From IMG/VR virus record IMGVR_UViG_2924880783_000005, positions 1 through 64,000 of that record: a stretch of DNA of 64,000 nt, one strand, 5' to 3'. Under the pieces are notes generated by a model, which was given only the letters and a program-made list of their open reading frames with translations, was not told where the DNA came from and ran no database searches. The position numbers and the translations under genes are program-made. This document shows, piece by piece, positions 26,593 through 36,640 of this stretch. This DNA comes from a virus (taxonomy: Duplodnaviria; Caudoviricetes). Position 1 is the first letter of the stretch, and each line of letters begins with the position of its first letter.

Positions 26593-27338
26593 TCAAGGAC
26601 AAGCATCCCATAGCACAACCGCAGCCGTCGGCTCAGTTACCGGATCCCCAGCCGGAAGAGGTCATTGAAAACCCCTTTGTAAGCGTGTACCAGGCCGTGC
26701 GGCGTGCCATACTCACCGTGCGCGAGGACCCCGACGATCCGCTCTCGCCGCCCCTGTTCAAGACCGTCGCCATCGACAACGGGCAGTTCTCCCGTATCGT
26801 CCGCAGCGAAAACACGGAGTACGAGACGGCCTTTCCCGCCGTGTTCATCCACTTCATCAATATCCGCTATCTGGTACAGCAGCAGCGCATCGGCGAGGGG
26901 CGTGCCACGATGCGCGTGCGGTTTATCCTCGACACGCTCAACAACTCCGACCCCGAGCACGAGTGCGACCCGTTCATTGTCTTCCAGCGTCTGAACATCG
27001 CTATACAGGATGCCAAGGACAGGGAGCCGGCTTTAAGCGAGCGATGCAACCTGACCTATTTCGATATGCCGCAGACAACGAACATGCTGCAAGCCTATTG
27101 GATAGATTACGAGATCTGGTTCCGCGAATCGTCCGCATGGAAATACAGGGGTTGGGTGGAGCGTTACCTCGTGATGCCTCCGTTCACGCAGCACAGCGAC
27201 GCCTCGCAACATGACAGCGAGGGGCACGGGCATCATTCCGTCCCGCCATACGAGGAGGTTACCGGTTTCGAACCGTCGGTGGAGGTGGAAGAGCCGGGGC
27301 AAGACGAGGGCGAGGAGAACAACGGGGAAGAACCTTAG
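26589..27338 (+). CDS. Probable tail terminator/neck protein (Mu gp37-like position)
   Basis: FPAVFIHF motif; synteny. Confidence 0.5.
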   Translation: MIKDKHPIAQPQPSAQLPDPQPEEVIENPFVSVYQAVRRAILTVREDPDDPLSPPLFKTVAIDNGQFSRIVRSENTEYETAFPAVFIHFINIRYLVQQQRIGEGRATMRVRFILDTLNNSDPEHECDPFIVFQRLNIAIQDAKDREPALSERCNLTYFDMPQTTNMLQAYWIDYEIWFRESSAWKYRGWVERYLVMPPFTQHSDASQHDSEGHGHHSVPPYEEVTGFEPSVEVEEPGQDEGEENNGEEP

Positions 27339-27354
27339 AAAGTCTGTCCGGCCG

Positions 27355-27385
27355 CAACCCTTTTCATGAACTGCTCCCTACGCTT
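27355..27385 (+). promoter_or_regulatory. Putative late promoter CAACC-N18-CTACGCTT
   Basis: Variant of the recurrent motif. Confidence 0.45.
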
Positions 27386-27413
27386 GAATAAAGACATTCA
27401 AAGACAGGAAAGG

Positions 27414-28184
27414 ATGAAAACGACATGGCAAACATTCCATTACAACGACCAGCCGGTAACCTTTGAAATCGGAGACCGGCAGGTGATGGTCAACGCCTCA
27501 CAGATGGCCAGACCGTTCCGCAAGCAGCCGAGCGACTGGACGCGGTTAAAACAGACGGGGGATTTTATCGCCTCATTGTCAGCCGTTCGGGGAATCCCCC
27601 GAACGCGACTTGTACGGGTCGTGCGCGGCGGTAACGGCATTCAGGGTACATTCTTCCACGAGGACGTGGCCCTGGAGTTTGCCCGCTGGCTCTCGCCGCT
27701 TTTCGCCATCTGGTGCAACGACCGCATCAAGGAACTTCTGCAAGGCGTCATGCCGTCGGCCTCCGACCCCCGATTCGTGCTGGAGGTGCTCGACCGCTTG
27801 CGTGACGGCTATGCGGAGGGGCTTGTCCTGCGGGAAGAAAACGACCGGTTGCTCGACACATTGGAGGGACAGACTCACAAAGTCGAGTTTTACGACAACG
27901 TACACCGCAGTCGTAAGCCGGAGGACAAACGCATCTATCGTATCTCGCAAATCGCTGCGGAGCTCGGCATGACGGGTGCGGAACTCAATCGCGTGTTGTA
28001 CGAGAAAGGTATCCAGCGCCGTCGCGGACATATCTGGGTTCCGATGCCAGAATACGACGGCAAGGGATATACTCTCAAGCGCACATTCCAGAACGGATTC
28101 GACGCCTCGGGCGAACCGCTCTACTGCACCTTCACGGTCTGGACGCCCAAAGGACGGGATTTCATTCTGGGGCTGTTTGAATAA
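27414..28184 (+). CDS. KilA-N + ANT antirepressor-like protein
   Basis: VNASQMARPFRKQPSDW, GTFFHEDVALEFARWLSP, KVEFYD...ISQIAAEL. Confidence 0.85.
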   Translation: MKTTWQTFHYNDQPVTFEIGDRQVMVNASQMARPFRKQPSDWTRLKQTGDFIASLSAVRGIPRTRLVRVVRGGNGIQGTFFHEDVALEFARWLSPLFAIWCNDRIKELLQGVMPSASDPRFVLEVLDRLRDGYAEGLVLREENDRLLDTLEGQTHKVEFYDNVHRSRKPEDKRIYRISQIAAELGMTGAELNRVLYEKGIQRRRGHIWVPMPEYDGKGYTLKRTFQNGFDASGEPLYCTFTVWTPKGRDFILGLFE

Positions 28185-28230
28185 AGGACAGAGGCGGGAC
28201 GGGAGGCAAATGCTTCCCGTCTGTCGTTTA

Positions 28231-28260
28231 CAACCTTTTGCGTCTTCTTCGGCTACTCTT
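28231..28260 (+). promoter_or_regulatory. Putative late promoter CAACC-N17-CTACTCTT (protease-capsid)
   Basis: Recurrent motif; ATG 27 nt after CTAC. Confidence 0.6.
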
Positions 28261-28279
28261 ATCCAAAGAACTGTTCGAC

Positions 28280-29524
28280 ATGGACATAAACTCACTTCAA
28301 TATGTTGTCGGGGAGGTGCGGGAGAACGAGGCGGCCACCATCCGTTTCTTCGGTCGCGTGACGGAGGAGACCACCACCCGTTTCAACGACGAATTCGATT
28401 TTCTGGAAAACGTCATCCGTCCATCGTGTATCCGCGTACTGATCAACTCCGAGGGCGGCAGCGTACTTTACGGCATGTCCACCTATTCGACCATCGCCAA
28501 CTCGAATGTCGATACGGAGTGCGTCATCGAGGGTGTCGCGGCGTCGATGGCCTCGATTATCTGGGCGGCCGGGCGGCGCTCCCTGATGCGCGACTACGCC
28601 ATACTGATGATTCACAACCCCATGTTGCCCGGTGAGGATCCGGATAGCGGCGTGTCCGATATGGTGCAGGCTTTCACCCGGCAGATAGAGACCATTTACC
28701 GCAAGCGTTTCGGGTTGAAAGCGGAACACGTCCGCGCTATCATGGACGGCGATGCGGGCAAGGACGGCACTTACTTCGATGCCCAGGCCGCCGTCAAGGC
28801 GGGCATCATTCCGGCCGGGAACATCATCCGCACGTCGAAACAGTTGTGCGAGCGGGTACATGACCAGGTGGCCGGCATGACCGATACGGCCTCCATACAG
28901 GAACTGATGAACAGGGTCTCGGCCGGGAATCAACTTTTTGACGCGGGAGGGGCTACTCTTAATCAAACGGAAAACGATATGGCAAACGAAAACAAGACAC
29001 AAGGTTTCGAGTATGGCGCGATTGCCGCCTCGCTCGGCATGAAAGATAAGGAGGTCAAGGACGTCATGGCCCGCATCTCGGAGCTGGCGGCGCTGGAACC
29101 CAAGTACAAGGAGCTGGAAAAATCGCTCAGTGATGCCCAGACGGTCATCGCCGGTAAGGAAGCCACGATACAGAACCTCCAGAAGGATCTCTCGGCGGCC
29201 ACAGCGCAACTCTCCGCCTACCAGAAGAAAGAGCGGGAGGAGCAGACGTCCCGCATCGAGACGCTCGTCGAGAACGCCATCACCGAGGGCAAGATCGACC
29301 GGGAATCAAAAGCCCAGTGGGTCGAGATGGCGACTGCCAACATCACCTTGGCGGAAAGCACGCTGGCATCGATTCCCGCGCGCGAGAAAATCTCGGCGGA
29401 GATTGCCAAAGACCCCGGGAACGTCCAGGCGGCAACCGAGGCGGCCAAGACCGCCGAGCAACTGATGGCCGAGAAAGTCACGGAGGTCGTGGGACGGAAC
29501 TTCGAGTTCCGCAAGCTCAAATAG
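28280..29524 (+). CDS. ClpP-type head maturation protease fused to coiled-coil scaffold
   Basis: INSEGGSV, AASMAS, MIHNP; coiled-coil C-terminal half. Confidence 0.88.
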   Translation: MDINSLQYVVGEVRENEAATIRFFGRVTEETTTRFNDEFDFLENVIRPSCIRVLINSEGGSVLYGMSTYSTIANSNVDTECVIEGVAASMASIIWAAGRRSLMRDYAILMIHNPMLPGEDPDSGVSDMVQAFTRQIETIYRKRFGLKAEHVRAIMDGDAGKDGTYFDAQAAVKAGIIPAGNIIRTSKQLCERVHDQVAGMTDTASIQELMNRVSAGNQLFDAGGATLNQTENDMANENKTQGFEYGAIAASLGMKDKEVKDVMARISELAALEPKYKELEKSLSDAQTVIAGKEATIQNLQKDLSAATAQLSAYQKKEREEQTSRIETLVENAITEGKIDRESKAQWVEMATANITLAESTLASIPAREKISAEIAKDPGNVQAATEAAKTAEQLMAEKVTEVVGRNFEFRKLK

Positions 29525-29646
29525 GCTGTCTCCCGGGAAATACCCCGACTTTGTAAACTGACATGCCGGAGACTCCGGGTCTCGTGCGGAAAGGTATCCG
29601 CCCGTCGGCTGAGATTCATTCGTAACCAAGTAAACTCATTCGACAA

Positions 29647-30696
29647 ATGGCAGATACTGTAAACTTTCTTCAGAACGGCTACTCCGGCGAGGTGCTGGAA
29701 GACCTCCTGACCTATACGGCGCAGGGCAACGACACCTTCCGCGAGGGGCTGGTACATATTAAGAGCGGCATCCAGCACAAATACACGTTACCCGCCATCA
29801 AGCTCGGCGACATTATTCAGGATAATGTCCCCACGCCAACCTCGACGCACGGCGCAAAAGGGGCGAACGGCGAGAACGAGTATACGCTTACGGAGCGTTA
29901 CCTCGAACCGCAGGACTTTATGGTTTATCTCGAGTTCAATCCGCGGGACTACGAGAAGTATTGGAAGTTCGCACAGCCGGACGGCAATCTTGTTTTCCGC
30001 GAGCTCGACCCGAAGATCCAGGCCACGATGCTGCGCCTGTTGATGGACAAGAAAAACGAGTACATCGGCAATGCCATCTGGACGGCGGCAAAGGGCGGCG
30101 AGGCATCCGCGAAAATCACGGCACCCTCGGGCGGCGTGAAAATCGGCGCGGGCAAGGAGAAGTATTTTGATGGTGTCATTAAGCGTATCATAGACAATGT
30201 GAGCGCCACCGATGCCGAGACCATCGCGGGCGGACAGTGCGTCGTCTCCGGTAACACGGAACTCACGGACGGAGCCGCCGTTGAAGCTGCTCTATACGCC
30301 ATGTGGAAAAAGTGCCCGAAGCAGATCCGCAAGAAAGCGTCGCTCTCGTTCATCATCGGTTGGGACGCGTGGGACGCCTACGACCAGTACATCTCGGACA
30401 AGCAGGTCAAATACTCGGAGAACACCGAGGTGAACCGATACCGTTTCAAGGGCAAGAAGATTATCCCTATCGTCGGCATCCCCGAGCATACCATCGTGCT
30501 GGGCGAGTTCTCCACGGGTATGGACTCGAACCTCTGGATGGGTGTGGACTACGCCAACGATACCGAGGTGCTGAAGGTTGACCGTCTGCAGGCCAACTCC
30601 GAGCTCTTCTTCTTCCAGATGAGAATGAAGATGGACGTGAACATCGTCCGTCCGGGCGAGATCGTCGTGCATACCGCCTACAAGAAAACCGAATAA
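29647..30696 (+). CDS. Major capsid protein
   Basis: 349 aa directly after the protease/scaffold; synteny and size. Confidence 0.75.
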   Translation: MADTVNFLQNGYSGEVLEDLLTYTAQGNDTFREGLVHIKSGIQHKYTLPAIKLGDIIQDNVPTPTSTHGAKGANGENEYTLTERYLEPQDFMVYLEFNPRDYEKYWKFAQPDGNLVFRELDPKIQATMLRLLMDKKNEYIGNAIWTAAKGGEASAKITAPSGGVKIGAGKEKYFDGVIKRIIDNVSATDAETIAGGQCVVSGNTELTDGAAVEAALYAMWKKCPKQIRKKASLSFIIGWDAWDAYDQYISDKQVKYSENTEVNRYRFKGKKIIPIVGIPEHTIVLGEFSTGMDSNLWMGVDYANDTEVLKVDRLQANSELFFFQMRMKMDVNIVRPGEIVVHTAYKKTE

Positions 30697-30780
30697 AGAT
30701 ATTCCACCTTTCATCTGATTTGAATGTCTCACCCGGGGAGCGGAGTCGAAACCCCGCTCCCCAAATTTTACCCGACAATC

Positions 30781-31143
30781 ATGGCAAAGAAAATCAATAC
30801 GGAGGAAACACCTCAAACCGTAACGGATGACACCTTACGGCAAGAAGCTGTCGGTACGACCGGCGCGCCGGCTGAAACGGTTGCCGAACATCCCGCACCC
30901 GCGCAGACCCGTACCGAACCGGAAACCGCGGCAAAGCCGGAGAAGCCGGCGGAAGAGAATCATCCGGGAGCGCAGACACCTGCACCCCATGTCCTCGAAC
31001 TGCTGAAAAAGTTCCCCGCCTATCCTTCGCTGTACATCGACGTTCACGGCGGAACTTTCACACCGGACACGGCCGCCGCCATCCGCGGCAAGGCGGTGCT
31101 GTACCGGAATCCTTTTTATAACGAATCCAAAAACAGATCATAA
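30781..31143 (+). CDS. Hypothetical structural protein (Pro/Ala/Glu-rich N-terminus)
   Basis: 120 aa between capsid and sheath. Confidence 0.65.
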   Translation: MAKKINTEETPQTVTDDTLRQEAVGTTGAPAETVAEHPAPAQTRTEPETAAKPEKPAEENHPGAQTPAPHVLELLKKFPAYPSLYIDVHGGTFTPDTAAAIRGKAVLYRNPFYNESKNRS

Positions 31144-31146
31144 CCT

Positions 31147-32493
31147 ATGGCACTCGGCAATGTATTCATCAAGGACGTGGACGGCAACATCCCGTATGAC
31201 ACGGGGTCATCCAACGAAAAGGTAACGGGACTTCTGTTCGACGTGTCGTTGCAGCCGACGCTCTTTACCGAAGGGTACGGCAAGACAAACGAGCCGAAGC
31301 TCCGTTTGGGCGACGTCATCTGCATCACCTCCCTCAAGTCCGCTGTCAGCGACTTCGGTATCCTCGAGCGTGTCACGGCCACCGAGGAAGAAGAGACTAA
31401 CGTCAACTTCCTGCACGGCATACCGGCCTATCACATCCGTGAGTTTTTCCGCATGTCGGGCAGCGTGAACGGTACGGGCAAGCTATACGTGATGTTCGCC
31501 GACTGTTCCGTCTCGTGGAATGCCATCGAGGTGATGCAGCGGGCCGCGGGAGGCATGATCAACCAGATGGGCATCTGGACCGAGCAGCCGCTCTGGAAAG
31601 CGAACGGTGCGGCGGAAAAGTACAGCCTGAATCTCGTAAAAGGGTTGAATGACATCGCCGTAAGTCTGGCGGGGCAGAACCAGCCCCTGTCGCTCGTCCT
31701 CTCGGCCAACCCCTCGAATACGGGAAGCGATACCACCGAGGGACGTCAGGTCGACCTAAACCGTGTGCCTTCGTGTATTTGCGAAGCAAGCCGCATCAGT
31801 TGCATCTTCGGGCAGGCGCATCACGAGACCGTCACGCTCATGCAGATGCGCAATGCGAACCACACGCCCGTGGGATTCCTCGGGGCCGTGATGGGCGCTC
31901 TCGCCAGGGCAAGCGTACACGAGTCGATTGCATGGGTCAAGCAGTTCAACCTCTTCACGGACCATTTTCAGGAAATCGAGCTGGGATTCGGCGACATCAA
32001 CCTCGACGAGGCGGAGGAGAATTTCCTGAGCCTGAACCGTTACGAATCGTTGTCGCCCTCCCTGCTGGACGAACTCGACGACAAGGGATACATCTTTCCC
32101 ATCAAGTATGCCGGACGCGAGAATGGTATCTACATTTCGAAAGACCAGACCTGTTCCACGGGAGACTACCGCACCATCGCCCGCAACCGTACCATCAACA
32201 AGAGCCGCCGCGCCGTGCGTGCCGCCTTGCTGCCCTATGTGAATTCGCCGCTGATGGTCAATCCCTCGACCGGATTCCTCGCGCCGTCGAAAATCACGGC
32301 CTTCAAGACGCTGGTCGGCGACATCCTCGCCAAGATGCAGGCCGCGCAGGAAATTTCAGGTTACGCAGTGACTATCGACCCCGGCCAAAATGTACTGGTA
32401 GACGACACGTTACGGATTTCATACGTCATCGTGCCGGTCGGCGTTGCCGTAAAGATTTATGTCGAGGAGGGGCTTTCATTAACCGCTAAATAA
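31147..32493 (+). CDS. Tail sheath protein (DUF2586-like)
   Basis: DY..IARNRTINK..RAVR, IVPVGVAVKIYV C-terminus typical of sheaths; synteny. Confidence 0.8.
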   Translation: MALGNVFIKDVDGNIPYDTGSSNEKVTGLLFDVSLQPTLFTEGYGKTNEPKLRLGDVICITSLKSAVSDFGILERVTATEEEETNVNFLHGIPAYHIREFFRMSGSVNGTGKLYVMFADCSVSWNAIEVMQRAAGGMINQMGIWTEQPLWKANGAAEKYSLNLVKGLNDIAVSLAGQNQPLSLVLSANPSNTGSDTTEGRQVDLNRVPSCICEASRISCIFGQAHHETVTLMQMRNANHTPVGFLGAVMGALARASVHESIAWVKQFNLFTDHFQEIELGFGDINLDEAEENFLSLNRYESLSPSLLDELDDKGYIFPIKYAGRENGIYISKDQTCSTGDYRTIARNRTINKSRRAVRAALLPYVNSPLMVNPSTGFLAPSKITAFKTLVGDILAKMQAAQEISGYAVTIDPGQNVLVDDTLRISYVIVPVGVAVKIYVEEGLSLTAK

Positions 32494-32501
32494 TCGAAAA
32501 T

Positions 32502-32957
32502 ATGGCAATTATAAACAATGTCGCATATAGCTGGTCGATGATTACCCTTGCCTCGACGGCACTGGGCATCGACGAGGGTTCCACCACGCTCGAGGGCGTG
32601 TCCGCCATCAAGTGGTCGAAGAAGCGCAAGGTGGAAAGCAACTACGGGATGGGAGGCAAACCCGTTTCCAGAGGTTTCGGAAACATCACCTACACGGCTT
32701 CCATAACGATGGACTATGCCACACAACAGTTGTTGCGCTCGGTATACGGCTCGCTGCTCGAAATCGGGGAATTCGACCTGATCATCTCCTTCGCCAACCC
32801 CATGGCGTCGGACGACTGGACGACCACCACCGTGACGCTCAAGGGGTGCATCTTCACCGAGGACTGCCTCGAATCGCAGCAGGACGATACCAACATCACC
32901 CACGAATTCGATCTGAACCCGTTCGACATCCAAATCGGTTCAGGGGATACTATTTAG
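32502..32957 (+). CDS. Tail tube protein
   Basis: INNVAYSW...NYGMGGKPVSRGFGN. Confidence 0.8.
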   Translation: MAIINNVAYSWSMITLASTALGIDEGSTTLEGVSAIKWSKKRKVESNYGMGGKPVSRGFGNITYTASITMDYATQQLLRSVYGSLLEIGEFDLIISFANPMASDDWTTTTVTLKGCIFTEDCLESQQDDTNITHEFDLNPFDIQIGSGDTI

Positions 32958-32962
32958 GCCGT

Positions 32963-33445
32963 ATGGATGTAACCTTTGAAGGCAAGTCCTCGACAGGAAA
33001 AAACGAATGGCTCACGCCGCCACATATCCTGAGGCGGCTGGGGGCGTTCGATTTGGACCCCTGCGCTCCCGTGTCCCGTCCGTGGAATACAGCGGTGCGT
33101 CATTATACCATCGAGGATGACGGGCTCAAGCAACCGTGGTTCGGGCGCGTGTTCTGTAACCCGCCGTACGATACGGTACTCATAGCGCGTTTCATCCGTC
33201 GTTGTGTAGAACACCGCAACGCCATAGCGCTGACTTTCGCCCGGACGGACACGAGGCTGTTCCACGAGCTGGTGTTTCCGAATGCGGATTCCATACTGTT
33301 TATCAAGGGACGGCTGAGTTTCTGTCACGTTACGGGCGAGCCGGGAGGCACGGCCGGCGCCCCGTCCTGCCTGATCGCCTTCGACAAAGAAAATACCGCA
33401 ACGTTGGAGCGATGCGGTATAGAGGGGAAGCTGGTAAAATTATAA
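32963..33445 (+). CDS. Phage DNA N6-adenine methyltransferase (Dam-like)
   Basis: EWLTPP, FDLDPCA, DGLKQPW, CNPPY. Confidence 0.85.
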   Translation: MDVTFEGKSSTGKNEWLTPPHILRRLGAFDLDPCAPVSRPWNTAVRHYTIEDDGLKQPWFGRVFCNPPYDTVLIARFIRRCVEHRNAIALTFARTDTRLFHELVFPNADSILFIKGRLSFCHVTGEPGGTAGAPSCLIAFDKENTATLERCGIEGKLVKL

Positions 33446-34204
33446 TTCTATATATCTGGCCCTGTCAAAGGTGTGATGCTCGTTGGCAAACACATAGCCT
33501 AACTGATTGCTCACGCATTTCGTGTTCCCGATAGTCTTGTCTACGTTTCGGTGCGAGTGTCCATATATCCAATACTCGACCGGGCTTTGAGCGATAAAAT
33601 CTTCCATCTCGACGACAAAGGCACCATTCAGCGGACTGCCCTTAAACTCGTCGGAAAGCAATTCGAAGGAGGGCACATGGTGGGTGGCGACAAGGATATG
33701 TTCCGCTTTGCTCCGGCAGACGCTCTCTTTCAGAAATTTGGCGCAGCGGAGATGCTCATCGTTAAAGCGATTCCAGTCAAGCGGCTCACTGCCGTAACGT
33801 ATCCTTTTGAAATCACTGATGGCATTCTCCGTGCGAAAGGCATCCTGAAGCTTAATGGCCGACCATAGCGTGGTCGCTATGAGGTCTATGTCTTTTGCCA
33901 ATGGGATTACAGCATTGTATATACAAGTTACATTATGCCTGATTTCGATTTTCCAGCCATTATACAGTTTGTCAATATCGAAAAGCTTGTAGAACTCATG
34001 GTTGCCGGGAATGACAATGACCTGCCTATAGTTTTCGGATGCCCAGTCCCAAAAAGGGTGTTTCGAATAATTGTTATCTCCGATATATCCGATGTCTCCG
34101 GCCAACACAAGAATATCACCCACCGCTTCCAGCGGATATTCTTTTAGGAATCTGCTGTTATCTGCAAATTCCAGATGCAGGTCGCTGGCGTATTGTATCT
34201 TCAT
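33440..34204 (-). CDS. Calcineurin-like metallophosphoesterase
   Basis: SDLH, AGDIG, GNHE, THH, GHSH. Confidence 0.88.
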   Translation of the reverse strand: MKIQYASDLHLEFADNSRFLKEYPLEAVGDILVLAGDIGYIGDNNYSKHPFWDWASENYRQVIVIPGNHEFYKLFDIDKLYNGWKIEIRHNVTCIYNAVIPLAKDIDLIATTLWSAIKLQDAFRTENAISDFKRIRYGSEPLDWNRFNDEHLRCAKFLKESVCRSKAEHILVATHHVPSFELLSDEFKGSPLNGAFVVEMEDFIAQSPVEYWIYGHSHRNVDKTIGNTKCVSNQLGYVFANEHHTFDRARYIEL

Positions 34205-34205
34205 C

Positions 34206-34988
34206 TCATTCTTCTATAATAAATGCGGCATCCAACAGTTCAAGGAAAACTTCTATGTCATCCGATGTGCGGTTAAGCGCCGCTTCCAGGGACTGGCTGG
34301 GAAGCGTTTTCCTTATGCCTTCAGAAAATTCCCTGATACATTCATATATGGACTCCGTTACTTTCACTGGTTCGGGAACGGAGGTTGTGGCAATCAGTTT
34401 CAATACATCCGAGCGATGCTTCTTGATATGTTTGGTATTGACGTGCTTTCCTTCCTCTTTTTCTGCCATGAGGTTCAGATATGCGCGTGCCTTCAATGCC
34501 ATCAGCGCAACCGGATGGGCAATCCTCAATCCGCCATCCACGAAACTGTTCCGGATCGTAAAATGATAATAGTCATCGTCCATGATAATGGCTGACAAAC
34601 TGGACAACTCGTCCCCCACGGGTATAGGTTCGATGACAAATCCGGAAGGTTCACCCAAGATGTCCGGATGTCTGGACAGCAACTCTATTTGAACGGGATA
34701 CCCGTCATCGGGATTGTCAAAACGGTACAAGGTATATACCGATTCATCGGAATTTTCCCGGCTGCGTTTTGCCGGATGATATCCGCCTTCACGGACAAAC
34801 GTCCAAAACGCGGCGGCAAATTCGGGCGTCATCCTTTCGACAATGATAATCATGTCTATGTCACTGGTTGCGCGGGGGCGCATGTCTGTTCCCTGAAGGA
34901 CAATATCACAAGCCGTTCCCCCGATGATAACGTAATTGTCGGCATATTGTGCAAATGCCTCTTTGAATTTATCGATACCTGTTACCAT
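34206..34988 (-). CDS. AbiEii/AbiGii-like nucleotidyltransferase (type IV toxin)
   Basis: IIGGTA...RATSDID signature. Confidence 0.75.
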   Translation of the reverse strand: MVTGIDKFKEAFAQYADNYVIIGGTACDIVLQGTDMRPRATSDIDMIIIVERMTPEFAAAFWTFVREGGYHPAKRSRENSDESVYTLYRFDNPDDGYPVQIELLSRHPDILGEPSGFVIEPIPVGDELSSLSAIIMDDDYYHFTIRNSFVDGGLRIAHPVALMALKARAYLNLMAEKEEGKHVNTKHIKKHRSDVLKLIATTSVPEPVKVTESIYECIREFSEGIRKTLPSQSLEAALNRTSDDIEVFLELLDAAFIIEE

Positions 34989-35935
34989 AAGTTTTTAACC
35001 ATTATTTCAAGTTCATTTTCAACGCGCGAGTCATTATCTTTCCTCAATGTCAGATATAAGGACAGTTTATCCACCGTGTTGCCTGCCGTTACGGGAGGAT
35101 AATCCCAAAGTTCGATCATCACATCTCCGTCTATGTCATTGGCTCCGATAAATGTACCGGTCTTTTCCATATCCTTGAACATGGAGGCGTCGAGCGCGTA
35201 CATCCGTTTCTCGTCAGGATTCAGGTTTGAATAGCGCGATAATGCGTTATAGCTACAGGTATACATATTATCCACGCAGCTTACGGCATCACAGTAAAAG
35301 GTCTTTTTTATCGGATTCCTCAGAAACGGCAGAGCGTTCCGCCATAATTCTTTTCCTTCCGATGAAAAATGTACAGTCAAGGCATTGTCCTGATTCCGGA
35401 GAGTCTCACACAGGTTAAACTGTCCGAGCAATTTGACAGCCCGTGTCAACGTAATATATTTGAAAGGGACGATATTTTCCAGCTCTCTGAATGTCAACCC
35501 TTCAATGCTTTTCATTTGAAGGTGGTACAGCAGCAGGTATTGTGCGACCGCGGACAGGGAGTTTTTTGTATTGCCCTCCGCCGTTCGGGCATTGATAATC
35601 ATAAACGGCAGGAATGCGTATTTGTCCGATACGATAAAATAAGCGCCCTGCTTTATCATCCGGTCCCGCTCATAATTGACCAGGTCGTCAAAAAGGAATA
35701 CGACCGGCCCGTTCAGGATGGTGGCCAGCCTACGTGCTGTATTTCCATATTGCATGGGAGTATACCGTTTGCCTTTTTTATGTGTCAGCAAAATAAAGGA
35801 ATGGCCTTGGAAGGTCGTAAGGTAGAACTCAAAACTGACCAGAGCATCGGCATACACGCCTCTCAATTCCGCTTTTTCCATCTTGCGAAGTTCCAGCTTT
35901 TCTCCCGCGGCTATTATATTCATTTGTTTTTTCAT
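34982..35935 (-). CDS. AbiEi-like antitoxin / HTH regulator partner
   Basis: Upstream of and overlapping the NTase; central HTH-like region; C-terminal VDKLSLYLTL...RVE. Confidence 0.6.
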   Translation of the reverse strand: MKKQMNIIAAGEKLELRKMEKAELRGVYADALVSFEFYLTTFQGHSFILLTHKKGKRYTPMQYGNTARRLATILNGPVVFLFDDLVNYERDRMIKQGAYFIVSDKYAFLPFMIINARTAEGNTKNSLSAVAQYLLLYHLQMKSIEGLTFRELENIVPFKYITLTRAVKLLGQFNLCETLRNQDNALTVHFSSEGKELWRNALPFLRNPIKKTFYCDAVSCVDNMYTCSYNALSRYSNLNPDEKRMYALDASMFKDMEKTGTFIGANDIDGDVMIELWDYPPVTAGNTVDKLSLYLTLRKDNDSRVENELEIMVKNLW

Positions 35936-35972
35936 ACTGCTTGCTCAAATTTCATTCGCTGTGAAAACTGTG

Positions 35973-35980
35973 CAAATATA
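35973..35980 (-). promoter_or_regulatory. Bacteroidota -7 element TATATTTG for the antisense cargo operon
   Basis: TAnnTTTG match 37 nt upstream of ATG 35935. Confidence 0.6.
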
Positions 35981-36231
35981 GTGATAAAACATGATATTAC
36001 AATTATTTAATCATCTATTTATTTTCTATCATATATATTACAACGTCAATAACAAAGTCAAATATAAGACTTTATACTCCTTTGCCCTATATATAATTTT
36101 CCGCTCCCTGACATACCCCTTATTTGCCTTTTACAAAAAGGGCCGAGACAATGCAATGCTTGGGTAATAATGGCAGATGTAACACACCTGTCCATGACTC
36201 TTGAAATCTCTTGATAAAATCCCCCAACCTG

Positions 36232-36263
36232 TAACCCGTCCCGGAAGAATCCACCTACACTTT
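36232..36263 (+). promoter_or_regulatory. Putative late promoter TAACC-N18-CTACACTTT
   Basis: Recurrent motif placed where late transcription must restart after the antisense insertion. Confidence 0.55.
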
Positions 36264-36286
36264 AAGTGAATCAAAAACCTATCGAT

Positions 36287-36640
36287 ATGGATGAAAAGAT
36301 GCTTACATTGAAACAAGAGTCTGAAATCAAGGAGAAGGCTCTCAAATTGAAGGAGGAGAAGAAATTGCGCAAAGTCTACCCGATGGCAGTCTTCGGCGAT
36401 ACGGACTGCGGAGAAAAGGAGGTATACGTCGCCTACATGGGCGAGCCGACATTCCCGCAGTTCTCGAAGTTCATGGCCGCCTCGAAGAAAGACGAGGTCA
36501 TGGCCATGCGCACGCTTGCCCGCGACTGCTTCCTCGACGGGGACCGTGAACTCGTGGATAACGACTCGCTGTTCCTCTTCGGTCTGATGGGCCAGCTCTC
36601 CGAGCTGATCACCACGCGCCAGAGCGTACTGGTAAACTGA
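36287..36640 (+). CDS. Tail assembly chaperone (gpG-like)
   Basis: 117 aa, upstream of the tape measure. Confidence 0.7.
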   Translation: MDEKMLTLKQESEIKEKALKLKEEKKLRKVYPMAVFGDTDCGEKEVYVAYMGEPTFPQFSKFMAASKKDEVMAMRTLARDCFLDGDRELVDNDSLFLFGLMGQLSELITTRQSVLVN

